Assembly (NCBI GenBank): GCA_963720715.1
Contig: CAVRGM010000001.1
Coordinates: 419,429-483,428, forward strand
Origin: an uncultured Chloroflexia bacterium
GTDB taxonomy: Bacteria; Chloroflexota; Limnocylindria; Limnocylindrales; CSP1-4
DNA length: 64,000 nucleotides
Reading direction: 5' to 3'
The position numbers were made by a program, and so were the translations under genes. The notes below the pieces were generated by a model that saw only the letters and a list, made by a program, of their open reading frames with translations, was not told where the DNA came from and searched no databases. This document shows, in pieces, positions 55,944 through 64,000 of the stretch (position 1 is its first letter; the number at the start of each line of letters is the position of its first letter).

Positions 55944-57239
55944 ATGGATGACCCACCGCGCCACGATGCGCCGGACCCCCGAACGAGCGGACGGCTGACG
56001 CGAGATGAAGCGCTGGCGCTCGTCCGGCGAGGCGACGAACTGTTGTCTTCGGGCGACTATGCGGAGGCCGGGCAGCACTTCAGCCGGGCCGTCGGGTTCG
56101 AGGACGCGACGATCACGGCGGCGGCCCTGCTGGGACTCGGTGAGGCCCACTACCGGCTGAACGACGAGGAGGCAGCCGTCCGGAGTTGGTCGGCGGTCGT
56201 CGACCTGCCCGAGACACCCTCCACCTACCCGGCCTGGCGGAACATCGCCGCGGCACGTGTCCGTGAAGCCGACCTGCAGGGGGCGATCACCGCCTACCGC
56301 GAGGCCGAACGGCGAGCACCCCAGGAGGACAAGGCCGAGATCGCCAATCGGCTGGGCTGGTTGAACAAGGAGACTGGCAACACCCGGGCATCGCAGCGCT
56401 ACTTTGCCCGGGGCCGCGGCGACGCGCCGCGGATCACGGTCACGCTCGTCCTCATCGCCGTCACGACGATCGTCTCGTTGACCGCGATGTACGCCTCCGA
56501 CGGCCCGGCGATCTACGAGCTCCTGTGGCTTGACAAGCTCGCGCTTGCCGCCGGCGAGTATTACCGCCTTTGGACCGTGACGCTGCTCCATGGAGACCTG
56601 ATCCATCTCGCGTTCAACATGTACGCCCTGTACCTCGCCGGCACGATCGTGGAGCGCTGGTACGGATCGATCCGATTCCTGGCGTTCTACCTCGCCTGCG
56701 CCGCCGCCGGCTCGACGGCCAGCTTCGTATTCGGTGGCGACGTCCCGTCAGTCGGCGCGTCCGGTGCGGTCTTCGGATTATTCGGGATCCTCCTGACCGC
56801 GGGCGCGCTGCACCACCCGGTCGACCGGCAAGCTCGAGGGCTCGTCAACCAGCTCGTATTCCTGATCATCATCAATATCGTGTTCGGGTTCGCCTCGAAC
56901 GGCACCATCGACAATGCCGCCCACCTCGGCGGCCTGGCCGCTGGCCTGTGGCTGGGGGCGCTCATCCCGCCGACGCGCGTGCCGACCTTGTCGGCACTCT
57001 GGCACCGGCCGGGCGAGGGCCGGACCGGTACCGGTCGGGCAGCGCCACCGTCGTACGTGATCGTCCTTGGGCTGGCCGTCGTCGGCGTCGCGGTCGTGGC
57101 CGGGCTCGCGGTCGGAACCAACGAGCGCCTCGGGTCCGCGACATTCGGCCCGGCGGCTGCCGCCGTCGTCGCCGATGATCCGGATCAGGCGGGCGTGGCT
57201 GGATCGGCCGGGGCCGGCTCGGTCTCCGTCCGAGGCTGA
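55944..57239 (+). CDS. rhomboid-family intramembrane serine protease with N-terminal TPR-like domain
   Basis: ...YRLWTVTLLHGDLIHLAFNMYAL...GASGAVFGLFG (Ser)...NAAHLGGLAAG (His). Confidence 0.9.
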   Translation: MDDPPRHDAPDPRTSGRLTRDEALALVRRGDELLSSGDYAEAGQHFSRAVGFEDATITAAALLGLGEAHYRLNDEEAAVRSWSAVVDLPETPSTYPAWRNIAAARVREADLQGAITAYREAERRAPQEDKAEIANRLGWLNKETGNTRASQRYFARGRGDAPRITVTLVLIAVTTIVSLTAMYASDGPAIYELLWLDKLALAAGEYYRLWTVTLLHGDLIHLAFNMYALYLAGTIVERWYGSIRFLAFYLACAAAGSTASFVFGGDVPSVGASGAVFGLFGILLTAGALHHPVDRQARGLVNQLVFLIIINIVFGFASNGTIDNAAHLGGLAAGLWLGALIPPTRVPTLSALWHRPGEGRTGTGRAAPPSYVIVLGLAVVGVAVVAGLAVGTNERLGSATFGPAAAAVVADDPDQAGVAGSAGAGSVSVRG

Positions 57240-58933
57240 CGCTCGGGCAGGACGGCGGCGACCGCCGCTTCGTCTGACAGGTAGCAGTGGTCCTCACCGA
57301 TGATCGTCATCAGGCCGGTCGATCGCATCCGGTCGCGGACCGACCCGCGGACCTGGGCGAGTCGAAGGTCGATCTGCTGGCGCTCGAGTTCCGCATGCAG
57401 GCGGGTCAGCGCGTCGATGGTCGCGACATCGAGGTCGGCCGTCGCGCCGATGTCGACGACGACCGCCCGCGGGGCGTCGTCTCGGGCGGCGATCATGGCC
57501 ATGATCTGGTCCTTGGCCACGTCGGCATTGACGAAGGTCAGCGGCACGTTCGGTCGCAGGACGAGGAAATCCGGGACTGGCGCTGCGTTGGCGTGCCGGT
57601 CGGCATCGGCCATGACCGGCGGGTCGCCGGGCACGCGACCGAGGATCGCGATATACGGCCGACTGGCCTGGTACAGGATGGCCAGCAGGGACAGGGCGAC
57701 CGCGATGGCCATGCCGGTCAGGGCGGTCGTGAAGACCACGCCACCAAGGGCGGTGATGGCCAGCAGGAAATCCGTCTTGCGCCAGGCCAGGTAGCGGCGC
57801 AATTCACCGAGGTTGACCAGGCCCAGGACGGACGTGATGACGATCGCGGCCAGGACGGCCATCGGGAGGTTCTTGAACAGCGGCGCGAGGATGACGGCCG
57901 TGGCCAGGACCAGACCGGCGGTCACGAGCGACGACAGCTGGGTCCGATTGCCGGAGGCCTCACCGGTGGCCGACTGACTGAAGCTGGCATCGACCGCAAA
58001 GCCGCTGAACAGGCCACTGGCCATGTTCGACGCCCCGAGCGCGATCAGCTCCTGGTCAGGGTCGATGTCGTAGCCGTTCCGGGCCGCGAACGAGCGCGCG
58101 GCTCCGATCGACTCGGCCAGCGCCAGGAAGACGATGCCGAAGGCGCCGGTCACCAGGAAGAATGCATCGCCGACGCCGATCCGCGGGATGCTGGGGACCG
58201 GGATCCCGGTCGCAACGTCGCCAACGACGGCGACGCCCTCGGCGGCCAGGTCGAAGAGCGACGACAGGACGATGCCCACGATGAGCGCGACGAGGGAAGC
58301 GGGGACGCGAGGGACGAGGCGGCGAAGGACGACCATCCCGATGATCGATCCCACGCCCAGGGCGGCCGTATACGGCTCGATGAGGTCCAATTCCTGGGCG
58401 ATCTCCAGCAGTCGCTCGCCGATCGTGCCGCTGACCGCCGGGATGCCCAGCAGGGCCGGGATCTGGCCGACGGTGATGGTCACAGCCAGGCCGATGACGA
58501 AACCGGTCACTACCGATGCCGCCAGGAACTGCGACAGGAAGCCCAGGCGAGCAAACCCGGCGATCAGGAGGATGACCCCGACGGTGATAGCCAGGGCCGC
58601 GCTGAGGGCCACGTAGCGATCCGCGTTCCCGGCCGCGACCGCCCCGACCACCGAGGCGGACAGGATGGCCACCGACGAACTGGCGGTGACCTTGACGTGG
58701 CGCGATGTCCCGAATACCGCATAGGCGGCGAGGGCGGCGAACGCCGTCACCAGCCCGAGTTCGGGTGGGACGCCGGCCAGGCCGGCGTAGGCCATCGCGA
58801 CGGGGACCATGACACCCCAGCCGACGACGCCGGAGATCACATCGAAGCGCAGGTCACCGCGATCGTAGTCGGGCAGCCATCGAGCGATCGGGACGTATCG
58901 AGTCACGAGGGTGCGCACGGTCATCGCGGGCAT
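57185..58933 (-). CDS. SulP-family anion transporter with C-terminal STAS domain
   Basis: MPAMTVRTLVTRYVPIARWLPDYDR...DVISGVVGWGVMVPVAMAYAGLAGVPPELGL...; STAS-like tail. GGAGGGAG lies 6 nt upstream of ATG 58933; the ORF-track start at 58957 is an alternative. Confidence 0.9.
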   Translation of the reverse strand: MPAMTVRTLVTRYVPIARWLPDYDRGDLRFDVISGVVGWGVMVPVAMAYAGLAGVPPELGLVTAFAALAAYAVFGTSRHVKVTASSSVAILSASVVGAVAAGNADRYVALSAALAITVGVILLIAGFARLGFLSQFLAASVVTGFVIGLAVTITVGQIPALLGIPAVSGTIGERLLEIAQELDLIEPYTAALGVGSIIGMVVLRRLVPRVPASLVALIVGIVLSSLFDLAAEGVAVVGDVATGIPVPSIPRIGVGDAFFLVTGAFGIVFLALAESIGAARSFAARNGYDIDPDQELIALGASNMASGLFSGFAVDASFSQSATGEASGNRTQLSSLVTAGLVLATAVILAPLFKNLPMAVLAAIVITSVLGLVNLGELRRYLAWRKTDFLLAITALGGVVFTTALTGMAIAVALSLLAILYQASRPYIAILGRVPGDPPVMADADRHANAAPVPDFLVLRPNVPLTFVNADVAKDQIMAMIAARDDAPRAVVVDIGATADLDVATIDALTRLHAELERQQIDLRLAQVRGSVRDRMRSTGLMTIIGEDHCYLSDEAAVAAVLPERQPRTETEPAPADPATPA

Positions 58934-58982
58934 CGGCGCTCCCTCCACGTGGGTCATCGTACCAACCCGCCCTCCGGCCCCG

Positions 58983-58988
58983 TAAGCT
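58983..58988 (+). promoter_or_regulatory. -10-like hexamer TAAGCT, 7 nt before ATG 58996
   Basis: TANNNT at fixed spacing. Confidence 0.35.
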
Positions 58989-58995
58989 GGGTCGG

Positions 58996-59916
58996 ATGTT
59001 CGCCACCCTGCTCGGCGCGCTGCCCGATCCGCCGCCGCTCACCGACACGTCGATCGAGGCTCGTATCGAGTCGATCGTTCGCGCCCAGGAGGCGGCTGGC
59101 CTCGATCCGGTCACGGACGGCGGCCACGGTGGCGACACCGATCCGGTCGCGGCGTGGCGGCGGACCGCCAGTCTGACCGACCGGACCGTCAAGTCCGTGA
59201 TCACCGGTCCCTTCACGCTTGGGGCGAGTCTTGCCGGACCCGCGAGCACGGCGTCCGACCGGGCGGCCGCGACCCTCGCCTGCGCGGCCGCCGCCAACAT
59301 CGTCATCCGCGACCTCGCGGACGGCGGCTGCGCGGTCATCGAGATCCACGAACCGGCCGCGGTCACGATCGGGACGGACGAAGCCGAGCGGGCGCTCTTC
59401 CGGGATGCGCACGATCGCCTCCTCGCAGCCGTGGACGGCATCCACGTCTCGCTGGCCATCACCGGTGGCAGTGCTGATGGGGCCGGCATCGAAACGATCC
59501 TTGGCGCGCCGTATGCGAGCCTGGCCGTGGACCTGATCGCCGGCCCTGACAATTGGCGGCTCGTGGCCGTCGCACCGGGAACGGTCGGCATCATCTGCGG
59601 CGCGCTGTCCCCGCTGGCCGGCGCCGATGACGGACCGGAGACGTTGCTCTGGGCTGCCGGCTACGCCGCCTCGACGAAGCGTCGGGGGCCGAGTCGGGTC
59701 GGCCTCGGGACGGCGTCCTCGCTGGCCCACCTTCCGTGGTCGACCGCGGTCCGTAAACTGGCACGCTTGGGCGAGGCCGCGCAGATCGCCGACCTGCCGC
59801 CCAGGGATCGGGTCAAGGCGATCGACCCACGGGCGGTCAGCAGCCGCAGTGCCGCCCTCGGGCGTGTCGAGTCGCGACCGTCCCCCGGCCCGGACCGCGA
59901 CGACGACCCGACTTGA
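58996..59916 (+). CDS. hypothetical protein, cobalamin-independent methionine synthase (MetE C-terminal)-like fold
   Basis: [10 protein letters not shown]...[20 protein letters not shown]...VITGPFTL...[10 protein letters not shown]... Weak resemblance only. Confidence 0.5.
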   Translation: MFATLLGALPDPPPLTDTSIEARIESIVRAQEAAGLDPVTDGGHGGDTDPVAAWRRTASLTDRTVKSVITGPFTLGASLAGPASTASDRAAATLACAAAANIVIRDLADGGCAVIEIHEPAAVTIGTDEAERALFRDAHDRLLAAVDGIHVSLAITGGSADGAGIETILGAPYASLAVDLIAGPDNWRLVAVAPGTVGIICGALSPLAGADDGPETLLWAAGYAASTKRRGPSRVGLGTASSLAHLPWSTAVRKLARLGEAAQIADLPPRDRVKAIDPRAVSSRSAALGRVESRPSPGPDRDDDPT

Positions 59917-60003
59917 TTCCGCGGCCGCGCGGTGCCACCATCGGATGACCTTCCCACCCCGACCTGACCCGGCCACTCGACCCGTCGAAGGAGGTTCTCG
60001 CCC

Positions 60004-60492
60004 GTGAGCGAACACATCGCGTTCGTCGTCAATGGGACACCCCACGAACTCGACGTCGAGGCGAGACGGCTGCTCGTCGAGGCGTTGCGAGAGGATCTCG
60101 ACCTGACCGGTACCCATGTCGGTTGTGACACGAGCCAGTGTGGCGCGTGCACGGTCCATGTCGATGGCAAGCCGGTCAAGTCGTGCACGGTGCTGGCCGT
60201 CCAGGCCGATGGCACGGAGATCGCCACGATCGAGGGTCTGGCCGACGGCGACACGCTCCATCCGATGCAGCGCGCATTCTGGGAGAAGCACGGCCTGCAG
60301 TGCGGGTTCTGCACGCCGGGGATGATCATGACCGCGGTCGACCTGCTGTCCCGCAACCCGGACCCGACCGACGACGAGATCCGCCACGCGATCGAGGGCA
60401 ATTTCTGCCGCTGTACCGGCTACCAGAACATCGTCGCCGCGATCCGCCATGCCGCCGAGACCACGCGGTCCGGCGCGGCAGCAAGCGCGTAG
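60004..60492 (+). CDS. coxS: (2Fe-2S)-binding small subunit of a molybdenum hydroxylase (CoxS/CutS-like)
   Basis: ...[12 protein letters not shown]...[12 protein letters not shown]...[19 protein letters not shown] lies 10 nt before the GTG. Confidence 0.9.
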   Translation: MSEHIAFVVNGTPHELDVEARRLLVEALREDLDLTGTHVGCDTSQCGACTVHVDGKPVKSCTVLAVQADGTEIATIEGLADGDTLHPMQRAFWEKHGLQCGFCTPGMIMTAVDLLSRNPDPTDDEIRHAIEGNFCRCTGYQNIVAAIRHAAETTRSGAAASA

Positions 60493-60508
60493 GGCGAGGA
60501 GAGACGAC

Positions 60509-62911
60509 ATGACCACCGACGTCCTGGGCGCACGGATCAAGCGGGTCGAGGACCCGCGGTTCATCACCGGCGAGGGCAACTACCTCGACGACATCAAGCT
60601 GGCATCCATGGCCCACATGGCCATCCTGCGCAGCCCATACGCTCACGCCAACATCCGCTCGGTCGATGTCTCGGCCGCCAGGTCGATGCCCGGCGTCGCG
60701 GCGGTCTTCGTCGGGGCAGACATCCCGTACAACCCGCTTCCGATGGCCTGGCCGGCCGGTGGGAGCGCCGGGATCCAGAACAACATCAACACTCCGCGCG
60801 TGCTCGCGACCGACAGCGTCAAGTGGACGGGCGAGGGTGTGGCCGCGGTCGTCGCCGATACGCCGGCCCAGGCGTTCGATGCGCTCGAGACCATCGTCGT
60901 CGATTACGAGCCGTTGCCCGCCGTCGTGGACGCCGAGAAGGCGATGGCGCCGGGCGCCCCGCAGCTCCACGAGAACGCCCCGAACAACGTGGTCTTCGAG
61001 TGGAGCGTCGGCGACAAGGCCGGCACGGACGCCGCGGTCGATGAGGCCGAGGTCGTGGTCCGCCAGCGGATCGTCAACCAGCGGTTGATCCCGAACCCGA
61101 TGGAGGTTCGTGGCGATATCGGCTGGTACAACCCGGGCACCGATGAATACACGGTCTGGATGTCCAGCCAGACACCGCACATCCAGCGACTCCTGCTGAC
61201 GGCGTTCGTGACCGGCATCCCGGAGCACAAGGTCCGCTGCATCAGCCCGGATGTCGGCGGTGCATTCGGGACCAAGATCTTCTGCTACGCAGACATGGCC
61301 CTCACGATGTTCGCCAGCAAGGCGATCGGCGGCCGGCCTGTCAAGTGGGTCGAGAGCCGGCGGGAGAACTACCAGAGCACGATCCATGGTCGCGATCACA
61401 TCACCTACCTGGAGATCGCCGGCACGCCTGATGGCGAGATCACCGGACTTCGGGTCAAGACCCTGGCCAACCTCGGCGGCAGGCTGTCGACCATCGGCCC
61501 GGGCATCCCGACCACGCTCTACGCGCGCGTCCTGTCGGGCTGCTACAAGATCCCCAACGTCTACGCCGAAGTCACCGGGGTCTACACGAACACGACGTTC
61601 GTGGACGCGTACCGCGGCGCCGGCCGGCCGGAAGCGACATACGTCATCGAGCGGGCGATGGACCTCTTCGCGGCCGAGATCGGGATGGATCGGGCGGAGC
61701 TTCGCCGGCGCAACTTCATCGCCCCTGACCAATTCCCATATGAGAACCCATCCGGCCTGGGCACAGCCTCGGGCGGGGCGAAGATCTACATCAATTCAGG
61801 GAATTACGAGCCGGCCATGGACAAGGCGCTTGAGATGGCGGGTTACGCCAGCCTGGACAAGCAGAAAGCCGACGCCATGGCGCGTGGCAAGCTCCTCGGC
61901 GCCGGTCTGTCGACCTACATCGAGGTGTGCGGGGTCGCGCCCTCCAAGTGGATCGGCGCCGTCGGCGAGGGCTGGGGCGCCGCGATGTGGGAATCGGCCA
62001 ATATCAAGATGCACCTGACCGGCAAGACGGTGGTGACGATGGGCACCCAGCCACAGGGCCAGGGCCACGAGACGACGTATGCCCAGGTGGTCTCGCACGA
62101 GTTGGGCATCCCGATGGAGGACATCGTCGTCCAGCACTCGGACACGCAGGGCACCCCGTTCGGATATGGCTCGTACGGCAGCCGGACGTCGTCCGTCGGC
62201 AGCACCGCCGCCATCAAGGCGGCCGGCAAGATCCGTGAGAAGGCGCGCCGAATGGCGGCACACATGCTCGAGGCCTCGGTCGACGACATCGAGGTCGATG
62301 GCGCGAACTACTCGGTCAAGGGCAGTCCGGACCGGGTGAAGACGATCCAGGAGATCGCCTTCGCGATCGATCTCGGGTTCGACCCACCGGAAGGCATGGA
62401 GCCATACCTGGACGAGACCGCTTACTACGACACGCCGAACTGCACCTGGCCGTTCGGGACGCATATCGCCGTCGTCGAGATCGACCAGGAGACCGGTCAG
62501 GTGGAACTGGTCCGGTACGTCGCGGTCGATGACGTCGGCAACAAGATCAACCCGATGATCGTCGACGGCCAGCTCCATGGCGGCATCGCCCAGGGCGTCG
62601 GACAGGCCCTCTGGGAGGGCGCCATCTACGACGACCACGGCCAGCTGCTGACGGGCTCGATGCTTGACTACACCCTGCCTCGGGCGTCGTTCTTCCCGAA
62701 CCTGGAGCTCGACGAGACGGTGACCCCGTCGCCGGTCAACCCGATCGGGGTCAAGGGCGTCGGCGAGGCCGGCGCGATCGCCAGCACGGCGGCCGTCGCG
62801 AACGCCGTCGTGGATGCGCTGGGTCCTCTCGGGATCCGACACCTTGATATGCCGTACACACCGCAGACCGTGTGGCGGGCCATGCAGTCCGCGAAGGGAG
62901 GCCAGGCGTGA
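60509..62911 (+). CDS. coxL: molybdopterin-binding large subunit, form II CoxL-like (AYRGAGR loop)
   Basis: MTTDVLGARIKRVEDPRFITGEGNYLDD...; active-site loop FVDAYRGAGRPEA; ...GKTVVTMGTQPQGQGHET... Confidence 0.9.
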   Translation: MTTDVLGARIKRVEDPRFITGEGNYLDDIKLASMAHMAILRSPYAHANIRSVDVSAARSMPGVAAVFVGADIPYNPLPMAWPAGGSAGIQNNINTPRVLATDSVKWTGEGVAAVVADTPAQAFDALETIVVDYEPLPAVVDAEKAMAPGAPQLHENAPNNVVFEWSVGDKAGTDAAVDEAEVVVRQRIVNQRLIPNPMEVRGDIGWYNPGTDEYTVWMSSQTPHIQRLLLTAFVTGIPEHKVRCISPDVGGAFGTKIFCYADMALTMFASKAIGGRPVKWVESRRENYQSTIHGRDHITYLEIAGTPDGEITGLRVKTLANLGGRLSTIGPGIPTTLYARVLSGCYKIPNVYAEVTGVYTNTTFVDAYRGAGRPEATYVIERAMDLFAAEIGMDRAELRRRNFIAPDQFPYENPSGLGTASGGAKIYINSGNYEPAMDKALEMAGYASLDKQKADAMARGKLLGAGLSTYIEVCGVAPSKWIGAVGEGWGAAMWESANIKMHLTGKTVVTMGTQPQGQGHETTYAQVVSHELGIPMEDIVVQHSDTQGTPFGYGSYGSRTSSVGSTAAIKAAGKIREKARRMAAHMLEASVDDIEVDGANYSVKGSPDRVKTIQEIAFAIDLGFDPPEGMEPYLDETAYYDTPNCTWPFGTHIAVVEIDQETGQVELVRYVAVDDVGNKINPMIVDGQLHGGIAQGVGQALWEGAIYDDHGQLLTGSMLDYTLPRASFFPNLELDETVTPSPVNPIGVKGVGEAGAIASTAAVANAVVDALGPLGIRHLDMPYTPQTVWRAMQSAKGGQA

Positions 62912-63768
62912 TCCCGGCATCGTTCTCGTACCAGCGTCCGGCTTCGCTCGACGAGGCGCTGGCCGCCATCGGCGCGGACCCGGGGGCCAAGATCCTGGCC
63001 GGTGGCCAGAGCCTTCTGCCGCTCCTGAAGATGCGCCTCGCATCGGCCAATTCACTGGTCGATATCGGGCGCATCCCCGGTCTGTCGGGTGTCCGGAAGC
63101 TGGACGACGGAGGGCTCGGCATCGGGGCCCTCACGACCTACGCCGAGTTGCTCGATTCCCCGGCCCGTGACTATGGCCTGCTCGGCGACGCGATCCCGCA
63201 TATCGGTGATGTCCAGGTCCGCAATCGTGGCACCATCGGCGGAGCGATCGCCCACTGCGACCCGGCGTCCGACCTGGCAGCCTGCCTGCTGGCGCTCGAC
63301 GCGGGACTCGTGATCCGGTCGGCCGGCGGCGAACGGACGACGAGCGTCGACGGATTCTTCGAGGGCGCGTTCACGACGCATCTTGGAGCGGGTGAGATCC
63401 TGACCGAAGTCCGGCTGCCAGCCCCGAGTGACAACGTCGGCTCGGCGTACGCGACGCTCCAGCAGTCCGCCTCGGGCTACCCGCTCGTGGGCGTCGCGGC
63501 CATCGTGTTCGGGGACGGATCGGGCGGCATCGCCCAGGCGAATGTCGCGCTGACCGGGGTCGGCGATCACGCCTATCGCGCGAAGGCCGTCGAGGCCGCG
63601 TTGCGCGGGAGTGACGGGTCGTCAGGATCGATCGCCTCGGCCGCGGCCCACGCGACTGATGGGGTCGATGTCCAGGGGGACATCCACGCCGATCGTGCGT
63701 ATCGGACGGCGATGGCCACGGTCTATACCCGGCGGGCGATCGAGGCTGCCCTCGCTCGTCTGGACTGA
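62908..63768 (+). CDS. coxM: FAD-binding medium subunit of a molybdenum hydroxylase (CoxM-like)
   Basis: VIPASFSYQRPASLDEALAA...ILAGGQSLLPLLKMRL...RNRGTIGGAIAHCDPASD. GTGA overlap with coxL. Confidence 0.9.
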   Translation: MIPASFSYQRPASLDEALAAIGADPGAKILAGGQSLLPLLKMRLASANSLVDIGRIPGLSGVRKLDDGGLGIGALTTYAELLDSPARDYGLLGDAIPHIGDVQVRNRGTIGGAIAHCDPASDLAACLLALDAGLVIRSAGGERTTSVDGFFEGAFTTHLGAGEILTEVRLPAPSDNVGSAYATLQQSASGYPLVGVAAIVFGDGSGGIAQANVALTGVGDHAYRAKAVEAALRGSDGSSGSIASAAAHATDGVDVQGDIHADRAYRTAMATVYTRRAIEAALARLD

Positions 63769-63786
63769 TCGGCCGTCCGGCCCGGC

Positions 63787-64000
63787 GTGCAGGTAAAGCA
63801 GGTCAGCCCCGGCCGTCGCATACCGACCGGCATGGTCGGTGGGATCCTGGCTCGCGACCTGATCGTCGCCGGAAGGCGCTGGGAGAAGGGTCGTCGCCTG
63901 ACGGCAGACGATCTGCGCGCGCTGGCCGCGGCGGATCCCGCGGACCCGGTGACGGTCCTGGTCCTGGGGCCGGGTGAACTGCACGAGGACGATGCCGCTC
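63787..64000 (+). CDS. partial CDS (3' end outside the window), possibly a molybdopterin-binding/MoCF-type accessory protein
   Basis: Open frame from GTG 63787 to the window end: VQVKQVSPGRRIPTGMVGGILARDLIVAGRRWEKGRRLTADDLRALAAADPADPVTVLVLGPGELHEDDAA. Function guessed from position after coxSLM and the ...LHEDDAA pattern. Confidence 0.35.
   Translation, partial: MQVKQVSPGRRIPTGMVGGILARDLIVAGRRWEKGRRLTADDLRALAAADPADPVTVLVLGPGELHEDDAA

Noticed and set aside
57287-59176. 629-aa plus-strand ORF.
   Set aside because: It is antisense to the clearly recognisable SulP transporter gene, with a low-complexity D/R/G/E composition.
58954-60579. 541-aa minus-strand ORF, plus several other ORFs of 400 aa or more in the track (60326..61732, 61796..63055, 32473..33723, 35786..36979).
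   Set aside because: All are antisense to genes with strong family signatures (coxS/L/M, SDR, thiolase). Long spurious ORFs are expected at this GC content.

Overview
High-GC bacterial chromosomal segment, very gene-dense: about 65 protein genes and 2 tRNAs. I recognised no rRNA, CRISPR array, transposase, integrase or phage genes. F420/PPOX-type, DinB-type and BldC-like genes plus many leaderless-type starts suggest an actinobacterium-like or similar Terrabacteria lineage; this is a guess. Most content is core or metabolic. It includes a DUF1611/dipeptide-epimerase pair (DgcN/DgcA-like), a class-III aminotransferase and an acyl-CoA dehydrogenase. An acyl-CoA mutase is split into a large subunit (24.5 kb) and a B12-subunit-MeaB-Hbd-thiolase operon (33.5-37 kb). 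Also present are carAB, folE, an ABC-2 exporter, an M16 peptidase pair, a rhomboid, SulP, SRAP, CopC, a form-II coxSLM cluster and thioredoxin/ArsR. I did not find a clear-cut novel multi-gene defence or mobile system. The observations most worth follow-up are: (1) an ECF sigma factor translationally coupled (ATGA) to an Ogt protein carrying a C-terminal Ada-type Zn(Cys)4 sensor domain, in the slot normally held by an anti-sigma factor; (2) two PyrR-box-like repeats plus a strongly SD-driven 22-codon uORF whose stop overlaps the carA start; (3) a TANNNT hexamer 6-7 nt upstream of the start codon of at least 14 genes, indicating leaderless transcription, which I used to refine start sites; (4) a degenerate copy of the tRNA-Lys 3' half 1 kb downstream of tRNA-Lys; (5) an orphan SPPY DNA methyltransferase coupled to a 78-aa ORF next to tRNA-Arg; (6) mutase active-site residues that are not MCM-type. 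A STAND ATPase gene at the left edge is broken by about 9 frame switches. Three other genes (ogt-like, meaB, copC) each carry a local frame disruption at G/C runs, so indel sequencing error must be considered. All calls come from reading the translations and sequence by eye; no searches were run.
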